DNA of 64,000 bases from an uncultured Dehalococcoidales bacterium (GTDB lineage: Bacteria > Chloroflexota > Dehalococcoidia > GIF9 > UBA5629), in the NCBI GenBank assembly GCA_964554375.1, contig CAZKOL010000003.1:7206-71205 (forward strand). The letters run 5' to 3'. The translations under genes were made by a program, and so were the position numbers. Below the pieces are notes generated by a model. It searched no databases. It was not told where the DNA came from and worked only from the letters and a program-made list of their open reading frames with translations. How positions within the stretch are numbered: position 1 is the first letter of the stretch; the number at the start of each line of letters is the position of its first letter. This document shows, piece after piece, positions 49,549-58,957 of this stretch.

Positions 49549-52014
49549 ATGCGCACCGATAATAATCCGGCCGATACCACACGGTCCGGTAGGTTGGATA
49601 TTGCATTGGAGGCTACATGGCTGCTGCTCATATTTTTGCTACCGGTCTATTTTAACCCGCTTGGCTACCAGGCCTTCTATTTTGCCAAGGCGCTGTTGCT
49701 GCAATTTGGGGTTTGCCTGCTGTTAGGTCTCTATTTAGCCCGCTGGTTTCTTGCAGGCCATCATGAGGCTCCGTTCAATCTGTTATTGGCTCTCAGACGA
49801 TCATCACTGCAGGTCGCAGTAATAGTATTCGGCCTGTTGTGGGCGGTTTCGACTGTATTATCCATCATGCCCGAGGCAAGTTTCTGGGGCAGCCTTGCGC
49901 GCAAGAACGGCTTGAGCACCTTAATAGCCTGGGTCGTATTATTTTTCATCGTGGCCCAGGGCGTGCGCAATAAGTCGCAGCTTTATAGGGCGCTGACTGT
50001 ACTGATTGTTTCTGCCGGTATAGTATCTCTATTCGGTATCCTGGAGTTAGCTGATCCCCGGCTGTTAGCATGGCTTTCAAGAAACGGCCGGGTATCGGCA
50101 ACCGATGGCAATCCGCTTTCTTTGAGTTGCTTTATAGCTATGGTGCTTCCCGCTAATCTGGCCCTGATTACAATAGTCTGGTATGGCCCGGATGGGGGCA
50201 TTAAAAAGGCGGTTAAAGTTACCGGATTTACACTGGTATTCACCCTGCAAATGATCTGCCTGTACCTTGCTCAGTATTCCATAACCATACTGCTTTTCAT
50301 ACCCGGCATGTTCATTTATTTTCTGCTGACAGGAATTTCTTTAAGAAGAAAGGCCACCATTGCTTTGAGCGCAGTAGCGCTTGCGATGCTCCTGCTATTG
50401 GCGGCTATTATTGTCGGCCAGACGCTGATGCCGCGGACGGTTGATACAGCTGTTGCCCCGGCTACCCCGGATACTACAGTGGCAGGGCAGGCCGGCTTGA
50501 ACACACTTGGTTTGAGAGCAAAGCAATGGACCTGCGCAATAAGCGTTGTCCTTGATTCGCCTGAAGTGCCGTTGTATGACAATAATCACCATTTTTTACG
50601 GAGGTGGACGGGTTATGGCCCGGAAATGTTTGTGATAGCTTCACAGGCTGACTATCCTCCTGCTATGAAGAGTAATGACACCTATAATTCCATGTTACTT
50701 GGCCAACCGGAAAACCATTACCTTTACCTAGCCGCCACCGTAGGGCTGCTTGGACTGGCTGCATTCCTGGCTGTTATTTTAATATTCTTTTATCTGGGAT
50801 TGAGGTTGCTGCGCAAATCCCGGGAGAAGGACGTGATTTACCTGGCGTCTGCTTTTATGGCAGGCATTGCACAGTATTGCGTCCATATACTGTTTAACCC
50901 GACTGCCATCCTGCCGGAATTCATGTTCTGGTTGATGTTAGCTTTAATGGCTGCCATGACCAGGATGGAGATGACCGGGGGTGATGAACTTGATGCGTTT
51001 GCCAGTTATGGATCAGGGATAAAGAGATCATCGGAAAAGGCAGACAGCGGAAAGCTCCGGAAAGCCACTGCGGTCTTTGTGGTAATCGTATTCATAGGGG
51101 TGGGGTTTAGCCTGACTTTCAGCCCTGCACTGGCAGATATGAAATTGAATAGTGCTTTGAGGACTTGGTCAAGCGATTCAAACAAGACTATGGCAAACTT
51201 GGCCGAGGCTGCGAACCTCGAACCGGGCGAATCCGTTTACTATGGTTACGTCGGGGCATATGCATTTAAGCTGGCTGTCGCTTCGAATGATGCCGCAGAA
51301 AAATCCAAACTTATGGCCTTGAGCACTGCAGCCTATGGAGCTGCCGGTAAGCGTGAGCCATACCTGGCGTACTGGAGCTGTACCACAGGTGATGTCTATA
51401 CATACTGGGCCAACCATGATGATCCTGACAAGTGGACGGATGCGCTTCGTTATTATAAGCGTGCGGATATTCTTATGCCGGGCAACGCGGTCATCCTCAA
51501 CAAATGGGCGCTGGCCCTGATGTTGAAAGGGGATTACGCAGAGGCGGGCCGAAAGCTGTCCGAGTCACGCAGCGCAGATGGAGAATGGGTTCCTACGACT
51601 TACTATACCGGGCTTCTTGATATATACGAGCACTGCTACTGCACCGCCGGTTATTGCTTCGTGTCCCCGGTAGAGAGGAAGATCGAGAATGTGGGGCCTT
51701 ATATCAGCTTCTGTAGTCAGCTTGCTCTGTATGAGGATCTTGGCAAAGTAGTGGATGGGTTAAAAATATATGACGGTTGCCACCCGGGGGACTGGATCGG
51801 GCAGGCGCTGCTGGGCATTGCTGAAGTGTACGATAATAAGTTGGCAGCCGCGGAGGACTCTTTCCGCAGGTCTGCCCGTAATGTACCTCCGGAGCACGCC
51901 GGTATGCTTAAGGAAATAATTACACGTATGGGTAAGGATAATCCGGGCTTCCAGCTGATGGCGCAGGATATAGCCGACTCGCTTAATGTAAAAATACCCG
52001 GCAATACCAGGTAG
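49549..52014 (+). CDS. O-antigen-ligase (Wzy_C)-like polytopic membrane protein with C-terminal TPR domain; candidate pilin O-glycosyltransferase
   Basis: About 12 predicted TM helices over the first 470 aa with Wzy_C-like topology, followed by a soluble TPR-like region. Lies divergent to pilA and upstream of pilD. Confidence 0.5.
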   Translation: MRTDNNPADTTRSGRLDIALEATWLLLIFLLPVYFNPLGYQAFYFAKALLLQFGVCLLLGLYLARWFLAGHHEAPFNLLLALRRSSLQVAVIVFGLLWAVSTVLSIMPEASFWGSLARKNGLSTLIAWVVLFFIVAQGVRNKSQLYRALTVLIVSAGIVSLFGILELADPRLLAWLSRNGRVSATDGNPLSLSCFIAMVLPANLALITIVWYGPDGGIKKAVKVTGFTLVFTLQMICLYLAQYSITILLFIPGMFIYFLLTGISLRRKATIALSAVALAMLLLLAAIIVGQTLMPRTVDTAVAPATPDTTVAGQAGLNTLGLRAKQWTCAISVVLDSPEVPLYDNNHHFLRRWTGYGPEMFVIASQADYPPAMKSNDTYNSMLLGQPENHYLYLAATVGLLGLAAFLAVILIFFYLGLRLLRKSREKDVIYLASAFMAGIAQYCVHILFNPTAILPEFMFWLMLALMAAMTRMEMTGGDELDAFASYGSGIKRSSEKADSGKLRKATAVFVVIVFIGVGFSLTFSPALADMKLNSALRTWSSDSNKTMANLAEAANLEPGESVYYGYVGAYAFKLAVASNDAAEKSKLMALSTAAYGAAGKREPYLAYWSCTTGDVYTYWANHDDPDKWTDALRYYKRADILMPGNAVILNKWALALMLKGDYAEAGRKLSESRSADGEWVPTTYYTGLLDIYEHCYCTAGYCFVSPVERKIENVGPYISFCSQLALYEDLGKVVDGLKIYDGCHPGDWIGQALLGIAEVYDNKLAAAEDSFRRSARNVPPEHAGMLKEIITRMGKDNPGFQLMAQDIADSLNVKIPGNTR

Positions 52015-52016
52015 TA

Positions 52017-52814
52017 TTGACAAGGATTGAATTGGAAATAATTGTTGCCGCCATCTTTTTTCTGCTCGGCATCAGCGTGGGCAGCTTCCTCAACGTGGTG
52101 GCCGACCGCGTTCCTGCCGGCGAATCCATTCTCCGCCCTCCCTCCCACTGTTTCAGTTGCGGCCACCTTTTAGAGCCGCGCGATCTCTTCCCCATCGTCA
52201 GCTACCTGTTGTTGAGGGGGAAGTGCCGATACTGCGGGAAGACTATTCCCATGCGCTCCGTGCTGGTCGAGCTGGCCAGCGGGCTGCTCTTTGTAATGGC
52301 GCTTACCATATTCGGGCTGAGCTGGCAGACGCTGAGCGCCATTATTTTCGGGTCGTTGTTCATAGTCCTTTTCTTAACCGATTTGGAGCGAGGCCTGCTG
52401 CCGCACGTTATCGTCTACCCCGGCACTGCCACAGCCCTGGTCTTCGCGGCGCTCAGGCCGCTCACGGGCACGACACCGGGCCTGTTAAGCTCCCTGGCCG
52501 GGTTGGGTGTAAGCTATGGCATCTTCTTAATCATCTGGGCCGTGCCCAGGATGTTCAAGAAAGACATCATCGGTTTCGGGGATGTGGGTATAGCAGGGTT
52601 GATTGGCGCGTCAGTCGGATACCCCACCGCCCTGGTGGCATTATCAATTGGTATCCTGGCCGGCGGCCTGGCCGCCGCCATGCTGGCGCTATTCAAGGTT
52701 AAGAAACTCAGCGAACCGCTGCAGTTCGGCATGTTTTTAGCCTTCGGTGGCATGATGGCGCTCTTCTGCGGGCAGGACATCGTAGATGCCCTGCGGCAAC
52801 TTCTCACGCTGTGA
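52017..52814 (+). CDS. pilD: prepilin peptidase (A24 family)
   Basis: N-terminal CxxC...CxxC zinc motif (CFSCGHL...CRYCGK) and a C-terminal peptidase A24 TM domain (FGDVGIAGLIGA). Confidence 0.8.
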   Translation: MTRIELEIIVAAIFFLLGISVGSFLNVVADRVPAGESILRPPSHCFSCGHLLEPRDLFPIVSYLLLRGKCRYCGKTIPMRSVLVELASGLLFVMALTIFGLSWQTLSAIIFGSLFIVLFLTDLERGLLPHVIVYPGTATALVFAALRPLTGTTPGLLSSLAGLGVSYGIFLIIWAVPRMFKKDIIGFGDVGIAGLIGASVGYPTALVALSIGILAGGLAAAMLALFKVKKLSEPLQFGMFLAFGGMMALFCGQDIVDALRQLLTL

Positions 52815-53042
52815 ACCGGGCATAATTAACGCGGTAAAAATTTTTCTGACAAATTCATTTACGTTCAAGCAGGGTATTGACATATATGCGGTTATGTGCT
52901 AACTTTATCAACGTCCCAAGTAATCAAAGTTGGAACGGGGAGGCAGAGGCCCTAACACATGGCAAGCGAAGGCTGGTCGGTGCGAGGGGGTGGATGAGGA
53001 ACCGGGATAACGAGGTTACTTGGGGCGTTTTATTTTTTGACG

Positions 53043-54464
53043 CTATTCCAGCACTACTATAGAGGGAAGATTGCGGTATTTGCCGCCCATGTCCAGACCG
53101 TAGCCGACCACGAACTCATCAGGTATCTCGAAACCCACGTAGTCCAGGTGCACATCTATCAGCCTCCGCACCCGCTTATCCAGCAGGGTGCAAACTTTCA
53201 GGCTGGCCGGCTTGCGTGCAGACAGGTTATTTAGCACATAGTTCAGTGTCATGCCTGTGTCCACGATGTCCTCCACCATCAGCACGTGTTTGTTCTCGAT
53301 ATCGGTATCCAGGTCTTTCATTATCCTTACTGAGAGGTCTGCTTTGTCCGCCGGCGTGGATATGGCCATAAAATCCACTGTCACCGGTATGGATATATTG
53401 AGCATAAGGTCGGACAGAAAGCACACAACACCCTTCAGGATGCCGATCAGGACAAGCTCCTGGCCCTGGTAATCCCTCGATATCTGCTTGGCCAGCAATT
53501 TGACGCGTCGCTGGATCTGGGTCTTGTTGAACAGGTAGCGCTGCACACCCGTCATTTTGCTCTCGCCCAGGGGGATGAAACCGTGCCTGGCAAACAATTT
53601 CAAATAGTCTCCCTTGTTGAGCAGCTTGATACTGATATCGGGGTATAGCTCCTTGAGGTGGCGAACTTTGCGGTTTTTCTCCGTGATGAGGCTCTGCCTG
53701 GACGTGGTAAGCTCGATATACAGGTCTATCTCGGGCAGGTAGAAGTCAGGGGTGAACATCTCCGTGATCCGGTTATCCTGCGAGGAAAGCGGGAAGGAGC
53801 GCGGTTCGTACAGCCACTCCACCTGGTAGAAATCTAAAAGGCGGGCGAATTCCTCCTCGCTGGGGTGCCCGAAATTAACGGGCCTGATGGGCGATAGCGG
53901 GAGGTCGGAAAAGCTGGTCAGCCTCTTCTGCTGCGTGATGTTGGCCTGGTGGCGGTTGCTGAGATCCTGGGCAAGCTCTATCTTCTCAAGAGTCAACGAT
54001 AGTATGTTGGCCACTGTGGAGATGAAGTCCTTCTCGTTGGGCTTGAAGTGCCGCTTCTCCCGTGTGTAAACCCTTATCTCGCCGATCACCTCGCCATGCT
54101 GTAGGATGGGCGCCCCCAGCAGGGACTTGAGGTTCTCGCGGGCGGCATGCTCCGGGTACTGGGTGCGCTTATCCGAGTAAATATCCTCTACAGAAACTAT
54201 CTTGCCGTCGAGTATGTCAGGGTAGCTTTTACGGGCATTGATGGCCCCCTTGCGCAGGTACAGGTCGCTCAGACCCCAGGCGCCTATGATATCCAGGTAT
54301 TCCCTGCGCGGGTTGAGCAGCATAACGGCGCAGCCGGAGGCATGCAAACCCCTGGCGGCGCCGGCAGCGATGGTGCTGACCAGCTTTTTAAACGATAGGC
54401 TATCGTTGGCAGCCTTGACTATTTGCTTATAAGCAAGGGAATAGCGATTCTCAGTGGCATCCAT
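53043..54464 (-). CDS. hpt: GAF sensor domain - unknown middle domain - hypoxanthine/guanine phosphoribosyltransferase fusion
   Basis: N-terminal GAF of about 170 aa. The C-terminal 175 aa are a full Hpt (VEDIVDTGMTL PRPP loop, GYGLDMGGKYRNLP). A roughly 150 aa middle segment carries a DUF559/PD-(D/E)xK-like motif, TPDFYLPEIDLYIELT. Confidence 0.6.
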   Translation of the reverse strand: MDATENRYSLAYKQIVKAANDSLSFKKLVSTIAAGAARGLHASGCAVMLLNPRREYLDIIGAWGLSDLYLRKGAINARKSYPDILDGKIVSVEDIYSDKRTQYPEHAARENLKSLLGAPILQHGEVIGEIRVYTREKRHFKPNEKDFISTVANILSLTLEKIELAQDLSNRHQANITQQKRLTSFSDLPLSPIRPVNFGHPSEEEFARLLDFYQVEWLYEPRSFPLSSQDNRITEMFTPDFYLPEIDLYIELTTSRQSLITEKNRKVRHLKELYPDISIKLLNKGDYLKLFARHGFIPLGESKMTGVQRYLFNKTQIQRRVKLLAKQISRDYQGQELVLIGILKGVVCFLSDLMLNISIPVTVDFMAISTPADKADLSVRIMKDLDTDIENKHVLMVEDIVDTGMTLNYVLNNLSARKPASLKVCTLLDKRVRRLIDVHLDYVGFEIPDEFVVGYGLDMGGKYRNLPSIVVLE

Positions 54465-54498
54465 TCATCACACACCTCACAAATCCTGCCAGGTTATA

Positions 54499-57129
54499 TC
54501 ATCCGCATTTAGTATAGCCGCAGCCTGGACAGATATGGCAACCCTCCTGGTAAACCAGCTGGTTGCCGCAATCCGGGCACTGGCCGGTGTAATTGGCCGG
54601 CTGGCTCAAGCCGTATTTCGCCGATACGCTATCATCCTCTTTTTTAGCATATTTCTCAAGTACGCTGCCGATGGCGTCGGCGCAGGACAGGATGGCACGG
54701 CCGTTCTCCCAGGATACAGAGGGACACCTGATGGTCCTGAGTTGCTTTATAACCGAGCCTACCTCTATGCCCGAACGTAGCACCAGTGAGATCAGCCTGC
54801 TGGTGGCCTCAAGCTGTGCAGAGGCACAGCCGCCGGCTTTGCCCAGGCTGGAGAATACCTCGCAGATGCCCTTGTCATCGAAGTTGACTGTTACGTATAT
54901 ATAGCCGCAACCGGTCGTAACACGCTCGGTTATACCCCTGGTGATCTTGGGCCTCTGACGGGGCGCCGGCCTGGCCTCGCTTTCAGTATCCATGGCTTTG
55001 GCCTTTGGGGTTTCCTTCCGGCCTGTATTGAGGACCTGGCTTTCTCGGCTCCTGTCCCTGTAGATGGTAATGCCCTTGAGGCCGGATTTATAGGCCAGCA
55101 TATATACTTTCTGCACATCATCTATCGTAGCCTCAAAAGGAAGGTTGACCGTTTTAGAGACAGCGCTGTCCGTGTATTTCTGGAAGGCTGACTGTATCTT
55201 CACGTGCCAATCAGGTGAGATCTCATGAGAGGTTACAAAGACCTCTTTTACCCAGGCGGGCACTTCCTTCATGTCATGCAGGCTGCCGCCCTCTGCCAGC
55301 TTTTTCATCAACTCGGGTGAGTAAAAGCCCTCCTCCCTGGCAACGGCTTCGAAATAGGGGTTGATCTCTATCAGAGTCTGGCCGTCCAGTATGTGACGGA
55401 AATAGCTGAGCGCGAAGAGGGGCTCGATGCCGCTGGAGCAGTTGGCGATGATACTCAGCGTGCCGGTGGGGGCGATGGTGGTCCGAGTGGCGTTCCTGAC
55501 CCTGAGGCCGTCATTGCTATCGTAGGTGCTCCCGCCGAAGGCAGGGAAGAGGCCGCGCGAAGTACCCAGCGAAACAGATTCGGCGGTGGCCTTATCGGAG
55601 ATAAATCGCATGACCTTCTCTGCTGTCTCCAAAGCTTTTTCAGAATTATAGGGCACGCGAAGCTGGATGAGCATGTCGGCGAAGCCCATTACCCCGAGGC
55701 CGATCTTGCGGGTCTTGCGCGTCATCTCGTCTATCTGGGGCAGTGGAAACTGGTTCACCTCGATAACATCGTCCAGGAAGCGCACGGCCAGTTTAATAGT
55801 CTCCCCGAGCTTGTTATAGTCGATCTCGCAATCACCGTTGGACCGGCGCAGCATGTGGGAGAGGTTGATCGAGCCCAGATTGCATGATTCGTAGGGGAGA
55901 AGGGGTTGCTCACCGCAGGGATTGGTGCTCTCTATCCTGCCCAGGTTGGGCGTGGAGTTGGCTGCATTGATACGGTCTATGAAGATGATGCCGGGATCGC
56001 CGGTACTCCAGGCCATATCGACTATCTTGCAGAAGACCTGGCGGGCGTTGAGCCGCCCTTCCACTGCCCTGGTGTTGGGGTTGACCAGACTGTAATCTCC
56101 ATCGGCTTCGACGGCCTGCATGAAGCTATCGGTGACCGCCACGGATATGTTGAAGTTGGTGAAAGCTTTGGGGTCCTCCTTGGAAGTGATGAATTCCAGG
56201 ATATCGGGATGGTCCACGTTGAGGATGCCCATATTTGCCCCCCGCCGCATGCCGCCCTGCTTGATAACATCGGTTGCCGTATCGAAGGCGCGCATGAATG
56301 ATACGGGCCCGCTGGCAACGCCGCCGGTGGACCCCACGCGGTCCAGCTTGGGCCTGAGGCGGGAAAAGGAGAAGCCCGTGCCTCCCCCGCTCTTGTGAAT
56401 AAGAGCCGTGTACTTGACGGCATCGAAAATGGATTCCATGGTGTCTTCGATCGGGAGAACGAAGCAGGCGGACAGTTGTCCCAAATCCCGTCCGGCATTC
56501 ATGAGCGTGGGCGAATTGGGCAGGAAGTCCAGCGAGGTCATCAGCCGGTAAAACATGTCTTCCCAGTTCCCCACAGCGGCGTTGCTGTCGAATACCAGTT
56601 CGGCCGAAGCAATGTGCCTGCTGACCCTGCTGAAAAGATCCTCGGGTTTCTCTTCGGGGTTGCCCTGGCTGTCTTTCTGCAGGTACCTTTTCTCCAGAAC
56701 GACCATGGCGTTCTCTGACAGCTTTAATTCAACAGGCGCAGGTTTGTCGGCCGGCGGCGATTTGCCCGCCCGCGCAGGATTTGCTGCGGGCGGAGATTGC
56801 ACGGCCTGTCTTTCAGCCGGCGGCCTGGCGCTGGCCTTTTCAGCCAGCAACTCGTTTACTATCGTCACTATGCGCTCCTTGGGTGGCAGAGGAAGTGTGA
56901 CGGGCGCTACCAGATGCTCCATGCCCGGCAGGGCGGGTTCGATCCTTTTGGCTGTGGTCTGTTCATCCATAGACATTCTCTTCTCCAAACTCGATATTAC
57001 TTGCTCAGTCAGCTCCTCGAGCTCACGCCTGTCGGTGATGCCCATGGTCTGGGTATAGGTAAAAACCGTCCTTGCGACGAAATTCCTTACGGAATCGGGG
57101 AGCTGGTTTCTGGCCTGCTTATTTACCAT
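54499..57129 (-). CDS. nrdJ: adenosylcobalamin-dependent ribonucleotide reductase (class II)
   Basis: Conserved NrdJ N-terminal block (MVVLEKRYLQKD) and a C-terminal zinc ribbon (CPDCG...CPGCG). An N-terminal extension of about 140 aa means the true start may be internal. Confidence 0.85.
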   Translation of the reverse strand: MVNKQARNQLPDSVRNFVARTVFTYTQTMGITDRRELEELTEQVISSLEKRMSMDEQTTAKRIEPALPGMEHLVAPVTLPLPPKERIVTIVNELLAEKASARPPAERQAVQSPPAANPARAGKSPPADKPAPVELKLSENAMVVLEKRYLQKDSQGNPEEKPEDLFSRVSRHIASAELVFDSNAAVGNWEDMFYRLMTSLDFLPNSPTLMNAGRDLGQLSACFVLPIEDTMESIFDAVKYTALIHKSGGGTGFSFSRLRPKLDRVGSTGGVASGPVSFMRAFDTATDVIKQGGMRRGANMGILNVDHPDILEFITSKEDPKAFTNFNISVAVTDSFMQAVEADGDYSLVNPNTRAVEGRLNARQVFCKIVDMAWSTGDPGIIFIDRINAANSTPNLGRIESTNPCGEQPLLPYESCNLGSINLSHMLRRSNGDCEIDYNKLGETIKLAVRFLDDVIEVNQFPLPQIDEMTRKTRKIGLGVMGFADMLIQLRVPYNSEKALETAEKVMRFISDKATAESVSLGTSRGLFPAFGGSTYDSNDGLRVRNATRTTIAPTGTLSIIANCSSGIEPLFALSYFRHILDGQTLIEINPYFEAVAREEGFYSPELMKKLAEGGSLHDMKEVPAWVKEVFVTSHEISPDWHVKIQSAFQKYTDSAVSKTVNLPFEATIDDVQKVYMLAYKSGLKGITIYRDRSRESQVLNTGRKETPKAKAMDTESEARPAPRQRPKITRGITERVTTGCGYIYVTVNFDDKGICEVFSSLGKAGGCASAQLEATSRLISLVLRSGIEVGSVIKQLRTIRCPSVSWENGRAILSCADAIGSVLEKYAKKEDDSVSAKYGLSQPANYTGQCPDCGNQLVYQEGCHICPGCGYTKCG

Positions 57130-57664
57130 TTTGCTGTTTCAACCTCGACCGCCGCCTCTGCCCGGACATCTCAGCTTTGTTGATAAGCGGGAGTTGGCCG
57201 TCAAGGGGCGCGCCAAGCTTGCTCTCGATAAGTGTATCGACTGCCTGCTTGAGAGTAGTGATATCGGAAAACTCGTAGTAAACGCTGGCAAAGCGTATGT
57301 AAGCGATATGGTCCAGTTCCGACAGCCGCGTCACCACGATCTTGCCGATAAGCGTACTGGGTATCTCGGTCCTGCCCAGGCTGTAAAGCTCAGCCTCAAT
57401 GGTCTCCACTAATTTCTCGATAGTGCCAGTCGGCATGGGACGTTTCTCGCAGGCCTTGCGTATTCCGGAGAATAACTTCTCACGGTCGAACTCTTCCCGG
57501 CGCCCATCCTTTTTTATCACATACAGGCTCCTGTTCTGCAGCCTTTCGTAAGTGGTAAAGCGCGCCCGGCACACGGTGCACTCGCGCCGCCGCCTGATCT
57601 CATCTCCCAGGCTCCTCGAGTCTATTACCTTGGATTCCGGCTCACCGCAAGAAGGACACTTCAT
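57119..57664 (-). CDS. nrdR: transcriptional repressor NrdR
   Basis: The MKCPSCG...CTVC zinc ribbon followed by an ATP-cone; basic C-terminal tail. Confidence 0.85.
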   Translation of the reverse strand: MKCPSCGEPESKVIDSRSLGDEIRRRRECTVCRARFTTYERLQNRSLYVIKKDGRREEFDREKLFSGIRKACEKRPMPTGTIEKLVETIEAELYSLGRTEIPSTLIGKIVVTRLSELDHIAYIRFASVYYEFSDITTLKQAVDTLIESKLGAPLDGQLPLINKAEMSGQRRRSRLKQQNGK

Positions 57665-57670
57665 CTCACA

Positions 57671-57717
57671 ACACTATAATATGTGGTTTAACTGGATACT
57701 AACACAACATATAGTAA
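57671..57717 (-). promoter_or_regulatory. two putative NrdR boxes
   Basis: ACACTATAATATGTGG (57671-57686) and ACACAACATATAGTAA (57702-57717) approximate the acaCwAtATaTwGtgt consensus. They lie 31 bp apart and directly upstream of nrdR. Confidence 0.35.
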
Positions 57718-57744
57718 GAGTCAATGGTCTAATAGACATAAATG

Positions 57745-57777
57745 GGACGGGGCGGAGAAATTTTCTCCGCCCCGTCC
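57745..57777 (-). terminator. stem-loop downstream of ftsZ (candidate terminator)
   Basis: Perfect 16-bp inverted repeat GGACGGGGCGGAGAAA/TTTCTCCGCCCCGTCC with a 1-nt centre. The minus-strand tail is only moderately T-rich. Confidence 0.4.
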
Positions 57778-57807
57778 ACAGGGATACTATGGTTCAGTTA
57801 TTAAAGG

Positions 57808-58920
57808 TCAGCGCTGCATCCTGTTGATGCCTACCGGTTGAGGGGCTGCCGCTTGCGCATTGGGATAACGCGAGCCTCTCCTCAAGAATGAGGGTACATC
57901 GAGACTATCTTCGGTAGCTCCTCTCAGCAGCCTGCGCAATTCGACCTCTGTGGGTACGCCGGAACCATACTGCGCGGTGAAGCCTGTAGCAATGATGGTG
58001 ATCTGGACCTCGTCCTCCATCTGCGGATTGAAGACGACGCCGAAGATGATGTTGGCATCGGGGTCTACTGACTGTGAGATCACGTCGGCTGCCTCGTTGC
58101 ACTCGAAGAGGGTCAGGTTGCTGCCGCCCGTGACATTGAAGAGTACGCCCTTGGCGCCGCTGATCGATACGTCGAGCATCGGGCTGGCCAGCGCGTTTTT
58201 GGCGGCTTCTACTGCCCTGTTGGTACCTTTCCCGCGGCCGACTGACATCCAGGCCGGACCGGAGTTCTTCATAATAGCCCTGATGTCCGCGAAGTCGAGA
58301 TTGATGAGGCCGGGGACAGTCACGACCTCGGCGATGGCCTGCACGCCCAGGCGCAGCACATCGTCTGCCAGCCTGAAGGCATTGTCCACGGTGGTCTTGT
58401 TGTCACAGAGTTCTACAATGCGGTCGTTGGGGATGATGACCAGCGTGTCTACCTTATCGCAAAGCTGCAGTATGCCTTCCTCGGCGACCTTCATGCGGCG
58501 GCCGCCCTCGAAGGAGAAGGGCTTGGTGACGATGGCGATTGTGAGTGCGCCTGAGGACCTGGCGGTTTCAGCTACCACGGGTATGCTGCCTGTGCCTGTG
58601 CCGCCGCCCATGCCGGCCGTGATGAATACCATGTCAGCGCCGGCCACCACTTCCTGGATGGCCTGGCGGCTTTCCTCGGCAGATTTGCGCCCGACGTTGT
58701 GGTCGCCGCCGGCGCCGAGGCCGCGGGTTAGTTTCTCTCCGAGCTGGATGCGGACCGGTACTTCGGCCAGTGCCAGAGCCTGGGCATCGGTGTTCATGCA
58801 AATGAATTCCACGCCCTTGATGCCTTCACGGACCATGCGGGTGATGGCGTTGGATCCGCCGCCCCCGCAGCCGATAGCCTTGATTTTGGCCGGTGCGGTC
58901 GAGAACATTGATTTTGACAT
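57808..58920 (-). CDS. ftsZ: cell division GTPase FtsZ
   Basis: GCGGGGSN, the GGGTGTG tubulin signature and a C-terminal linker and tail. Confidence 0.95.
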   Translation of the reverse strand: MSKSMFSTAPAKIKAIGCGGGGSNAITRMVREGIKGVEFICMNTDAQALALAEVPVRIQLGEKLTRGLGAGGDHNVGRKSAEESRQAIQEVVAGADMVFITAGMGGGTGTGSIPVVAETARSSGALTIAIVTKPFSFEGGRRMKVAEEGILQLCDKVDTLVIIPNDRIVELCDNKTTVDNAFRLADDVLRLGVQAIAEVVTVPGLINLDFADIRAIMKNSGPAWMSVGRGKGTNRAVEAAKNALASPMLDVSISGAKGVLFNVTGGSNLTLFECNEAADVISQSVDPDANIIFGVVFNPQMEDEVQITIIATGFTAQYGSGVPTEVELRRLLRGATEDSLDVPSFLRRGSRYPNAQAAAPQPVGINRMQR

Positions 58921-58957
58921 TCTTTATTAAACCTCCTGCTATTTACCTAATATTTAT

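Noticed and set aside
55393-57183. Several 100-170 aa plus-strand ORFs inside nrdJ/nrdR
   Set aside because: Shadow ORFs in GC-rich coding sequence; nrdJ and nrdR motifs are unambiguous on the minus strand.
57665-57807. Cobalamin riboswitch upstream of nrdJ
   Set aside because: nrdR abuts nrdJ, and the only upstream non-coding stretch (143 bp) is too short and lacks B12-box-like sequence.
57950-58930. 326-aa plus-strand ORF opposite ftsZ
   Set aside because: Antisense to ftsZ; a Ser/Thr/Ala-rich artefact.
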